Below the pieces are notes generated by a model. That model ran no database searches. It saw only the letters and a program-made list of their open reading frames with translations, and was not told the DNA's origin. This document shows, in pieces, positions 28,201-37,013 of a DNA stretch of 64,000 nt. The translations under genes were made by a program, and so were the position numbers. Numbering within the stretch: position 1 is the first letter of the stretch; each line of letters starts with the position of its first letter. The stretch covers positions 417,167 through 481,166 of the forward strand of contig JBMNHG010000006.1 in the NCBI GenBank assembly GCA_050950285.1, given 5' to 3'. Origin of the DNA: Kiritimatiellia bacterium (GTDB taxonomy: Bacteria; Verrucomicrobiota; Kiritimatiellia; RFP12; JBMNHG01).

Positions 28201-29821
28201 CGCGGAGCCGCAGGGTGAGTTCCGCGGGGCCGTTCGTCGAGACGGGCAGCCAGAGGCTGTCGTCGGGCGGCGAGGCGGTCGCGGTGCCGCTTCCGCCTTC
28301 GGAGTCGGCCCACTCGAGCGCCATGCCGTCGAGCGACCAGCCTGCGGGCGCATTCGAGGAGGCGGAGAGGAAGTACTGCTGCCAGCCGCCGTCGCGGTCG
28401 ATCGTGAAGGTGCGCTCGTACACCCGGTTCGTGCCGCCGGCGGGGAGGTCGCACCGGAAGGCGTCGAAGAGCTTGAGGGAGGCGAGGTTCCAGGCGAGGT
28501 TCGTCGGAGCGGAAGCCTCCGCGAAGGGGTCCATGCCCGCGGCGATCTTCGTCGAGAGCGGGAAGCCGGTTCCGCCGGGGTCGAAGGCGAGGCTGTCCAC
28601 CGCGTTGGTGCCGCCGAACTTCGCCGTCTCGTAGGCGTCGGGGATGCCGTCGCCGTCGAGGTCGTCGGGCGGCGTCGGGGACAGCGGGTCGGGGTCGGAG
28701 CCGTCGACGAGCCCGTCGCCGTCGGTGTCGCGGAGCAGCGGACTCGTTCCGGCGGCGACTTCGGCGCCGTCCAAAACGCCGTCGAGGTCGGTGTCGGGCA
28801 GGCGGGGGTCGGTGCCGTGGACCATCACCTCGTCGCAGGTGGAGAGCCCGTCGCCGTCGTGGTCGGCGACGTCCGGGTCGAGCATGCCGAAGGCGCGCCA
28901 GTGGAGTTCGAGGCCGTGGACGAGGACGCCCGTGCCGCCGAAGGCGAAGGTCTCGCCGCCGCCGCCGTGCTGGGCGCCGACGACCCAGTTGGTGGCCGGC
29001 AGCGCGTTGGTGGCGGACAGCCGGGACAGGTCGTAGCGGTAGACGAAGTCGCCGGAGGGGAAGAGTTCGGCCTGGAAGGTGACAGGGAGGCCGGCGTCGC
29101 GGCCGGCGAAGACGTCCTGCCAGGCGAGCAGCAGGCTGTTGGAGGCGGTCGGGGCGTGCCAGAAGCGTCCGGCCGGCGGGACGATGCCGAGGGAGGTCTG
29201 CAGGGGGGCGAGGAAGTCGAGGCCCGAGCCGTCGGGCATCCGGCGGGCGCGGGGCGAGCCCTTGGGCCAACCGAAGGAGAGCGTTCCGCTGCTGGAGACG
29301 TGCAGCCCCCCGACGCGGTTGGTGCCGAGGGTGAAGGACCAGTTGGTGGCGGGGAGCCAGAAGGTGTCCTCGGCCACCCCGTAGCGGGTCCAGGGGGCGT
29401 GGACGACGGCGTTCGACGGGACGGAGGCCAGCGCGGGAGACGGGTTGGTGGCGACGCGCGCGAGCGCGAAGCCGGCCCGGTACTGGCCGGCGGTCAGGCG
29501 GGGGCCGGAGGAGGGGCCGCGCGCGGGCCGCGCCGGGAGGCCGCCGGAGACCATGCCCGCCGGGGGAGGGCCGTGAAACAGGGCGTTGCCGCCGGGCGGC
29601 ACCTTCGGGACGCCGTGCAGGGTGGCGACCACCAGGAGGGCGGAGAGCACCGCCCTGACGGAGGGCGAAAGCGAGCGGAACCGGTCGCCGAGAGCGCGGA
29701 AGAGGCGGCGCAGGCCGGGCGACGTCCCGGCCCAGGCGCCGAGGCAGAAGAGCAGCGGCACGCCGGCCAGCAGGCAGGCGCCCGCGAACATCCAATGGCG
29801 TATCGACTGCAGGAGTCCCAT
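22278..29821 (-). CDS. giant RHS/YD-repeat polymorphic toxin (~2500 aa): N-terminal TM segments, TSP3-like repeats, HEXXH tip; frameshifts near 27860 and 24025
   Basis: Three overlapping ORFs (26546..29821, 23770..28353, 22278..24191) join into one protein; DHDGDGL/DTDLDG/DTDGDGL/DLDGDGI repeats; YD repeats; RHS core RWLNRDPIEEDGGVNLYGF..DALG; tip VIAHEIGHA. Confidence 0.85.
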
Positions 29822-29943
29822 GGCTCTACCTCGGAAGGATCACGGCGCCGCGGCGGCACAGGCGGCGACGGCCCGGAGAAAAACGGCGCGCCGCCGGAAC
29901 CGCGGCCCAAGGGAGGAAATGCAACCTGCATCCATGGTGGGGA

Positions 29944-29971
29944 GCGTAGCACGGGCCAACGCCGGCGGCAA
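29944..29971 (-). promoter_or_regulatory. sigma70-type promoter for rhs
   Basis: TTGCCG-N17-TACGCT with extended -10 TG on the minus strand; coordinates approximate. Confidence 0.45.
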
Positions 29972-29989
29972 CCCTTGATTTCCTTTCCC

Positions 29990-30064
29990 GAGGCCCTTGC
30001 GAAACCGAGCCGGACGACACGGAGGTCGTCCCTCCATCCAGCCCGCCGGGGACGGCGGTCCCCA
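29990..30064 (-). repeat. second copy of the REP/MITE-like element
   Basis: Reverse complement of 30012-30064 matches 5589-5641 at 49/53 positions; the adjacent GGTTTCGCAAGGGCCTC resembles the right end of copy 1. Confidence 0.7.
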
Positions 30065-30348
30065 TCCAGCCCGCCCGCCACGTCGTTGCCCGAGGCAAGC
30101 CGGTCGGCGAAATGTCCGGCAAGGGCCGCGCGCCGCCCTGGGCGCGGAGTCTGGAGACGGGGGGGTGCGCCGACACCGCCAGCGGGATGATGGACGACGC
30201 GAAGACCAGGAGACCAAGCGAACGGGGGTTTCCAACCATCCCTCTCTCCTCTTTGCCATGCACGGGCACGTGCGTCCCGCCGACCGGCGATGCGGGGACC
30301 CCGGGCGGCAGACGGACGCGCACTTCGCCTTCATGCTGGAACACGGGG

Positions 30349-31266
30349 CTAGCCGCCCCAGGCCTTCCGCACAAGGGCGAGACCTGCCGCGAGAGGTTCG
30401 GGGTCGACGACCGGACCCGGCTCGAAGACCTTCAGGATGGACGGAGCCGCGAGAGCGCGCAGGGAATCGAAGTCAACGCCCATCCCCTGTCCTGGCGCCA
30501 GATGGTCGGCATCCAGCCCGAAGACGTCGTGGATGTGGCAGCCGACAATCGAAGGCAAGATGCCCTCCACCCACTCCACATGGTTGCCGATGCCGAGGTT
30601 CTCGCGAACCTGCCCATGGCCGATGTCATGCCAATAGCGCAACGACGGCGTCGGGAATTCCTGCAAGAGGGACGCCGTCTCCGTCTCGTCCGGAATCCCC
30701 TCCCAGTACGGAAGGTTTTCGATGGCGAGAATCACGCCCGCACGATCGAACAGGGGAAGCAACTCCGAGAGGGAACGGCGAAGCGGGTCGAGATGGCGCG
30801 CCGCCCGATCGCGGCGCTGGCGCAGCAGGCGGTCGAGGAAAAAGCGCTGGAACCTGCCGGGTTCGTTTCCGGAACGCCGGAGCTCCCCCATGCGGCTGGT
30901 CAGATTCCCCATCGTGACGTGCCCCGCATGGCAGATGACAACCGAGGCGCCCAGTTCCACCGCCGCATTCAAGGTCGAAGCCGCCGCCGAACAGGCCTTC
31001 TGTCGATTCTCCTCGTCCGGAGACGTCATGGAAAAGGGTTCGGGCGACGGCACAATCCCCTCGAAGGGGAAGGGGCATGGCGAATGGAGGCTGCACACGC
31101 GGACGCGGCCGGCCGACACAAGCCGATGGATGTCCCGATACTGCGCTTCCGTGAGGCGATAGCTCAACTCCAGCGCGGTGAAGCCCAGCGAAAGGGCCTC
31201 CTCCGCAATCGCATCGCCTGCGTCGTGCCGTGCGGAATTCCAGTTGGTGGAAAGTGCAAATTCCAT
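30349..31266 (-). CDS. sugar phosphate isomerase/epimerase (xylose isomerase-like TIM barrel)
   Basis: SLHSP, VICHAG, LAIEN, YWHDIGH, HIHD, DHLAPGQG, VFE. Confidence 0.85.
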   Translation of the reverse strand: MEFALSTNWNSARHDAGDAIAEEALSLGFTALELSYRLTEAQYRDIHRLVSAGRVRVCSLHSPCPFPFEGIVPSPEPFSMTSPDEENRQKACSAAASTLNAAVELGASVVICHAGHVTMGNLTSRMGELRRSGNEPGRFQRFFLDRLLRQRRDRAARHLDPLRRSLSELLPLFDRAGVILAIENLPYWEGIPDETETASLLQEFPTPSLRYWHDIGHGQVRENLGIGNHVEWVEGILPSIVGCHIHDVFGLDADHLAPGQGMGVDFDSLRALAAPSILKVFEPGPVVDPEPLAAGLALVRKAWGG

Positions 31267-31336
31267 GGGGAGAAAACAAAGTGCGTGCAGGCGCGGTCCG
31301 CGCCAGCACGCACAGGCGGGGGGAAGTCACGTTCCG

Positions 31337-31522
31337 CTAGTAGGAACGATGCATGTTGCGGGCGCGCGCGCGGGCGGACTTGCGGCGCTTCTTCTCGCTC
31401 GGCTTTTCGAAATAGCGGTTGGCACGGAGCTGCTTCAGCAGGCCCTCCTTGTCGAGGACCTTCTTCAGGCGCTTGAGCGCACGTTCAACGGTCTCGCCTC
31501 TCTTCAAACGAATCTGGATCAC
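31337..31522 (-). CDS. rpsU: 30S ribosomal protein S21
   Basis: GETVERALKRLKK...RYFEKPSEKKRRK. Confidence 0.95.
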   Translation of the reverse strand: MIQIRLKRGETVERALKRLKKVLDKEGLLKQLRANRYFEKPSEKKRRKSARARARNMHRSY

Positions 31523-31583
31523 GCGGAATCACCCCCTTCGTGAGTCTGGATCGAACGATCCTGCGACTGCAAAAAGTCCGTGC

Positions 31584-31612
31584 AGTATGGCATACCACAC
31601 AGCCCCTGTCAA
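31584..31612 (-). promoter_or_regulatory. sigma70 promoter of rpsU
   Basis: TTGACA-N17-CATACT. Confidence 0.6.
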
Positions 31613-31663
31613 ACGCATTGCGTCCGTCGCGCGCGGCGCGCGGTTGCCTTCGTTTTGCCGTCC

Positions 31664-34600
31664 CTACCTCAGCAGGAAGAGGGTTCCGACATCCATCGGC
31701 ACGCCCCAGAAGCGGAGGAAGTAGTTGCCGTAGTGGCCGCCATCGACCTTCAGGTGATAGCCGACGGTCGGAGTGCCGACGAGCTGTTGCCAGCCGTCGT
31801 ATGGCGTAGCGGTGGATGCCGTGGCGAAGGTCGTCCACGCGGATTCCTGCGTCCAGTCCGCCGCTTCCTTTTCGGGGGCGATGTAGACGGTCGCGCCGTT
31901 CGAGCGCTGCATGATCCAAAATGCTCCCTCGATGCGGGAGTAGAGTTCGGCGCGGGTGATCTTGTAGCGCTTGCGGAGCGCGGCCGCAGTGGGCATTCGC
32001 GTGTCGGAGGTGGTCAGGAAATTGCCGTCGCCGAAGAAGGTGTGGTGCCATGCCATGGGTCCGCAATGCGCCGGGTTCTCGGCGTACCAGCTGTTGACGC
32101 CCGGCGTCATCGCCTCGACCTGCGCAACGGTGATCGGGATGAGGATTTCGTTGTTCGGGGTGAAGAAGTGCGGTGCGCCGAGGAATGCGCCGGCAGGCGT
32201 CTCGACCAGCAGTCGCGCCACATTCAGTCCGGCAGCAGCGGCGGGCGGGATGGTCGTGGAGAACGAGGTGCCGGCCGCGCGGTCGCCGAGGTCGATGGAG
32301 ACAATGCCCTGCGCATTGGTCCAGTCCGCTGGAGAAGCTCCGAGATTGGATGTGGCGCAGAGTGCGCGGACGCGCGCGGTGCCGCTGAACGAGCCGTTCG
32401 CGGCGAGCGTCGCGGAGAGCCGGATGCCCGCGGGCGAGCGCGAGGCTTCGACTTCGTTCGCGATCGCGGGATGGGCCTGTCCGGAAGCGATCGTGTAGAA
32501 ACGCAGGTCGCGGATGCGCGATGCGAGCAGGGTGCCGCTTGTGAGGTTGAAGAAGCGGACATAGCGTGCGGCGCGCGGTTCGGCGAGATCGAAGAGCGCC
32601 TGCTCGCTTTGCGGGACATCGGCGAACGTGGCGAGCGTTTCCCAGTTGAATCCGTCGTTCGAGCCCTGGAGGATGAGGCCGCCGAGATTGCCGAGGTTTT
32701 CGGGATCGACGCGCATCGTGATACGGTCGATGCGCACGGGGCGGCCGAGATCAAGCGCCGCATAGGAGATGGTCGTGAGCGTGGAGGCGTCGTTGTCGAA
32801 GGCGAGCCATGCGTTCGAGCGCTGGTCGCCGGTATAGGTTGTCGGATAGAATCCGAGGATGGAATCGGCGTTTTCGACGAGCGGGCGGATTTCGACACAG
32901 TCGCGGATCATGAGGGTCTTCACCGCGGAGGCGGCGGTCTTGCCCTCGACAGACGCGAAGACGCGGATGTATATCTTTCCTCCGCTGGCGCCATCCAGGG
33001 CAACGCTTCCGGTAAATGTCTCGCCCGCGAGGGCGGCACCAACCGCAGCGACGGTTCCGTTCGTCTGCCATGCGGCGAGGTCTTCGCCGAGATCCGACGC
33101 GGCATAGGCGGCGTAGAAGGTCACGTTCGAGGTGGCGAAGGAACCTTCGAGCGATGCGCTGCCGGAAAGCTGGAGGGCGGAGGACGTGGCGGAGTCGATC
33201 GAGAAATCATTGACGATCACGACCGACACGGGGCCGGCGTAGACCTGGAATTCCGAGATGCTGCCCCACTGGACGCCGTTCCACTTGACGTAGCGGAAGA
33301 GGTTGTCGCCGGTGCAGACGCCATCGCCCGATGGCCAGGGGATCCATGCCCCGGCGGGCTGTGTCCCATTGTAGTCGTTCGGGACCGTGTAGAGGAGGGT
33401 CCAGTCCACATTGTCCTTCGAGGCGGAGAACGTCGCGCCGCGCATGCGGTCGGCGAGGCCCGTGCGGTCGTAGAACTTGAGGCGGGCGATGGGGTAGAGC
33501 GCCTTCAAGTCCAGCGTGAGGCGCGACGCGGAGTCGCCGCCGGTTTCGTTCGTCTGGTCGAGGATGCCGTCGAAGGCGCGCATGTACTGCGCCTGGGTGG
33601 TGTCGGCATCGACCACGTTCGCCGCGGCGACGGGGAAGAGCGTGTAGTCGTTCGGGATGACGACCTTTGCGGGGGTTGCCTTGGAGAGATCGCCAGCGGT
33701 CGCGAAGAGACGCACCACAGCGGGCATGCCGGCGCCGAGGTGGTTCGCGATCGCGGTGACGGGGACGCCCGACGTGGCGGTACCGAGGGCCGTGACGACG
33801 CCGCCGGAACGCCAGTCGTCAAGATCCGTGCCGAGGTCGGACGATGCCGCCGCGCAGGAGAGCGCGCATCCCGATCCGGCGATTGGGCCGTACATCCGGA
33901 CGAGGCCCGTAACGGTGAGGTTTGTCGAGGAATAGTCGTCGATCGCGAGCGCGACGGATGAAAGCGACGAGGAGTCCACATGGATTTCAACCTCGTCCAT
34001 GCTGCCCCATTGGATGTTCTCCCAGCGGACGTAGCGGTATGTTTCGTCCGGCGGCGGGAACCAGTACGTCGGGTTGCAGGCATTGGGGTCGTAGGCGTAC
34101 TCGAGAGGCACGGTGTATGCCACGGTCCAGTTTTCGTTGTCGTTCGAGACCTTGAAGCTGCGGCCGATGAGGCGGTCGTCAAGGCCGGGGCGGCCGTGGA
34201 AGAGGAGGCGGGTGATGTGGAAGGGTTCTCCGAGATCGATCGTCGCGTAGGACACGGTGTCGTTGTTGTTGAAGATCCCGTCGAAGCACAGGAGCGCCGC
34301 GTTGATTGAGGGCGTGTCGATAATATTGCCTGCCTCGACGTTGAAGAGGCGTTCGTGGGTCTTATAGTCGTATGGCGTGATTTCCTTCACGGAATCGGAT
34401 GCGTTGGTGATGCCGGCGGCCGTGGCGAAAAGGCGGACGAAGTACTTCTGGTTCGCGGCGGGAACGGGTATGTCGCCGGAGACGGCGATGCCGTCGGAAG
34501 CGGTGCCGAGCGTGGCGACAGTGCCGTTCGCGACCCAATCGGCAAGGTCGTCGCCAAGGTCCGATGCGGCCATTGCGACCTTGAATGCGATCGTTTGTCC

Positions 34601-35152
34601 GGCGGCATCGCCGAAGGTCTGGCCCGATGCGGAGACGGCAATCGTGGAGGCGGAGTAATCGGTGAGTTTGAACGACTCGACTTGCACGGACGTGCTATCG
34701 ACCCACACTTGGAATTCATCCATGCTGCCCGCGCCGACATTGGTCCAGCGGACATAGCGGTATGTTTCGCCGGGATCGAACGCGCACGGAATCTGCGCGA
34801 AGTTTTCGTCGGCCGTGAAGTCGTCCGGCACCTGGTAGACAAGCGTCCAGTTCTGGGCGTCGTTCGAGACATGGAACTGTGCGCCGCGCATGCGGGTGCT
34901 CACGACATCGTTGTCGCTGCGGCCATGGAAGAACATCTTCGTGATGTGCATCGGCTCGCGAAGGTCGACGACGGCGTAGCTGGAGGAGTCGTTGTCATCG
35001 AAGACGCCGTTGAACGCGCGCATCACGGTGGCCATTTGGTATACGGCGATGTTGTTCGCCACGACCGGGTAGAGGCGTTCGGCGGCGTGTGCTGCGCCGA
35101 TTCCCCCAAATACCGTTGCGATTGCCAGTGCGATAGCCGGTGTCTTGCGCAT
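31664..35152 (-). CDS. large secreted/surface protein with ~5 repeated discoidin (F5/8-type C)-like modules and a C-terminal GTLFLLR tail
   Basis: Signal peptide MRKTPAIALAIATVFGGIGAAHA; repeated AFDG..DL..SND..NWT..YRYVRW units alternating with beta-sandwich spacers. Confidence 0.8.
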   Translation of the reverse strand: MRKTPAIALAIATVFGGIGAAHAAERLYPVVANNIAVYQMATVMRAFNGVFDDNDSSSYAVVDLREPMHITKMFFHGRSDNDVVSTRMRGAQFHVSNDAQNWTLVYQVPDDFTADENFAQIPCAFDPGETYRYVRWTNVGAGSMDEFQVWVDSTSVQVESFKLTDYSASTIAVSASGQTFGDAAGQTIAFKVAMAASDLGDDLADWVANGTVATLGTASDGIAVSGDIPVPAANQKYFVRLFATAAGITNASDSVKEITPYDYKTHERLFNVEAGNIIDTPSINAALLCFDGIFNNNDTVSYATIDLGEPFHITRLLFHGRPGLDDRLIGRSFKVSNDNENWTVAYTVPLEYAYDPNACNPTYWFPPPDETYRYVRWENIQWGSMDEVEIHVDSSSLSSVALAIDDYSSTNLTVTGLVRMYGPIAGSGCALSCAAASSDLGTDLDDWRSGGVVTALGTATSGVPVTAIANHLGAGMPAVVRLFATAGDLSKATPAKVVIPNDYTLFPVAAANVVDADTTQAQYMRAFDGILDQTNETGGDSASRLTLDLKALYPIARLKFYDRTGLADRMRGATFSASKDNVDWTLLYTVPNDYNGTQPAGAWIPWPSGDGVCTGDNLFRYVKWNGVQWGSISEFQVYAGPVSVVIVNDFSIDSATSSALQLSGSASLEGSFATSNVTFYAAYAASDLGEDLAAWQTNGTVAAVGAALAGETFTGSVALDGASGGKIYIRVFASVEGKTAASAVKTLMIRDCVEIRPLVENADSILGFYPTTYTGDQRSNAWLAFDNDASTLTTISYAALDLGRPVRIDRITMRVDPENLGNLGGLILQGSNDGFNWETLATFADVPQSEQALFDLAEPRAARYVRFFNLTSGTLLASRIRDLRFYTIASGQAHPAIANEVEASRSPAGIRLSATLAANGSFSGTARVRALCATSNLGASPADWTNAQGIVSIDLGDRAAGTSFSTTIPPAAAAGLNVARLLVETPAGAFLGAPHFFTPNNEILIPITVAQVEAMTPGVNSWYAENPAHCGPMAWHHTFFGDGNFLTTSDTRMPTAAALRKRYKITRAELYSRIEGAFWIMQRSNGATVYIAPEKEAADWTQESAWTTFATASTATPYDGWQQLVGTPTVGYHLKVDGGHYGNYFLRFWGVPMDVGTLFLLR

Positions 35153-35275
35153 GATGTACTCCGCAGGGTGATCAACCATTGCCGGGGGGATAGTACCCAA
35201 TGCGATGGGGCAGGTCCAGCCAAAAGCCGCTTGCCGTGCCCGCGCTGTTCGTGTATGGTCTCGCAATTCCTCCAC

Positions 35276-35352
35276 GGGCCGATAGCTCAGTCCGGTAGAG
35301 CAGCGGACTTTTAATCCGTTGGTCGCGGGTTCGAGTCCCGCTCGGCCTACCA
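35276..35352 (+). tRNA. tRNA-Lys(TTT)
   Basis: GGGCCGATAGCTCAGTCCGGTAGAGC-GCGGACTTTTAATCCGT-GGTTCGAGTCC-CTCGGCCTACCA; upstream TTGCCG-N17-TATGGT promoter. Confidence 0.97.
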
Positions 35353-35357
35353 GTTTG

Positions 35358-35399
35358 AAAGGCGCAAGGCTTTGATTTGGACAAGCCTGGCGCCTTTTT
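35358..35399. terminator. intrinsic terminator between tRNA-Lys and the convergent gene
   Basis: AAAGGCGCAAGGCTT...AAGCCTGGCGCCTTTTT. Confidence 0.7.
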
Positions 35400-35438
35400 A
35401 TCGCCGTGACTCCTTGGAAAACCGGGCAAACGCGGCAT

Positions 35439-35939
35439 TCAGCGACGCAAATCCAGCGCCATCGCGATTTCGGGGCAGGTGAAGGGATTCGAGTGTCTCA
35501 TGCAGTTCACGCAACCCGTGTAGATCTTGTGCATGAGCTGGGTTTTCGGCACCTCGGCAAAGCCGAGTTTGCGGAAGAACTCCGGCGTCATGGTAAGCAC
35601 GATCACCTGGGCAGGCTGGAAGGGGCGGATCCGCTCCAGTACGGCCTTGACGAGCCTTCCGCCGATGCCGGTGTTGCAATGGTCGCGATGGACGGCCAAG
35701 GACTGCAGCTCCACGGAGGTGTTGTGGGGATCGCCCATTTCGGGGAGGATGCTCCATGCGGCGCAGCCGACGAGGGCGCCATCCCGCTCGCAGACGACGA
35801 AGCGGTCGATGTTCTGGACGATGTTCGCCACCGACCGCACGATCAGTTCGTTCGGATAGGAGCGGATCAGGTGGTAGATGGTGACGGCGTCCCCCAGCAC
35901 GGCGGGGCGGACGTGCAGTTTGGATTCGGCTTCGGACAT
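35439..35939 (-). CDS. GNAT N-acetyltransferase, short ArgA-type amino-acid acetyltransferase
   Basis: ELQSLAV..GIGGRLV, VLTMTPEFFRKLGF..LMHKIYTGCVNC..CPEIAM. Confidence 0.8.
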   Translation of the reverse strand: MSEAESKLHVRPAVLGDAVTIYHLIRSYPNELIVRSVANIVQNIDRFVVCERDGALVGCAAWSILPEMGDPHNTSVELQSLAVHRDHCNTGIGGRLVKAVLERIRPFQPAQVIVLTMTPEFFRKLGFAEVPKTQLMHKIYTGCVNCMRHSNPFTCPEIAMALDLRR

Positions 35940-36003
35940 GGCGGTTTTCCTGGGAGTGGGGAAATGTGGACGGGATGGCGGGGCGGCCCGGCGTCCGTCG
36001 CGC

Positions 36004-36705
36004 CTAGGCCTTGAAACGCGTGAACTTCGCGTAATCGGAGCAAAGCAGGTGCAGCGGCGCGACGTCCTCCTCCACGGCGGGGAAGCGGCCCACGGGATCG
36101 AGGAAGTAGTTGTCGGTGGCGTCGTCGTTCACGCGGCTCACCTCGCCCACGAGGAGGCGGCCCTTGCCTTCCTCGCCCCAGAAGGTGTGATAGAGCCTCG
36201 GGGTGAGGCACACGGAGGAGCCTGGTTCGAGGCGGATCGTGGAGCCGGCGGGAAGGCGATGGAGGATGCTGTCCACGTACACCTCGACCTCCGTGCCGGC
36301 CAGCTTGCCGCAATCCGACGCGTTCCAAAGCCGGACGCAAAGCACGCCTCCGCCGCGGTTGATGATGTCTTCGGACTTGAAGGCGTGGTAGTGGGTGGGG
36401 GTGACCTGCCCTTCGTCCACGATCATGATCTTCTCGGCGTAGACCTTCCCGTTGTCCTTGGCGAGAGTCGTGTCGAGCGTGCCGTTGCGGAGGGTGAAGA
36501 GGAAGAGGCCCGTCTTGCGGAAGTCGCCGCTGCCGAAGTCGGTGATGTCCCAGCCGAGGGATTCCGCGACGATGGCGGAGCATTCGGGACCGGCCTGGAG
36601 CCACTGCCCGGGCGTCCAGAAGGCGAAGGGGGGAAGCGGGAAGTGGCGGGAGCGGAGGAAATCCAGGCTTTCCTGGATGATCTGGTTGATTTCGGAGCGG
36701 CGCAT
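36004..36705 (-). CDS. D-lyxose/D-mannose family sugar isomerase
   Basis: MRRSEIN, LPPFAFWTP, GWDITDFG, YAEKIM, HYHAFKSEDIINRGGG, GEVSRVNDD. Confidence 0.9.
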   Translation of the reverse strand: MRRSEINQIIQESLDFLRSRHFPLPPFAFWTPGQWLQAGPECSAIVAESLGWDITDFGSGDFRKTGLFLFTLRNGTLDTTLAKDNGKVYAEKIMIVDEGQVTPTHYHAFKSEDIINRGGGVLCVRLWNASDCGKLAGTEVEVYVDSILHRLPAGSTIRLEPGSSVCLTPRLYHTFWGEEGKGRLLVGEVSRVNDDATDNYFLDPVGRFPAVEEDVAPLHLLCSDYAKFTRFKA

Positions 36706-36794
36706 GGACGAATCCTCGGATCGGGGTGGATAGTCGGAAAGACAAAAAAAGCGGGCCGCGCAAGCGCGACCCGCTACGCGGCGTCGAAAAGAAC

Positions 36795-36871
<77 letters not shown>

Positions 36872-37013
36872 GCGTAGGAAAGTGGCGGCAATGTATCATT
36901 TGCGCGGCCGCAATGCAAGTGAAATTCCGGGGGATTTTTGGCGTGGGAAGCGAACAAGCGGCGCAGATGCCCGTCGGGGGCCACGCAAAGCGTCTCTCAC
37001 CGGTCGGATGCGC

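Noticed and set aside
29840..29935. Short leader ORF MDAGCISSLGPRFRRRAVFLRAVAACAAAAP upstream of rhs
   Set aside because: No RBS and no recognisable motif, so it cannot be distinguished from chance.
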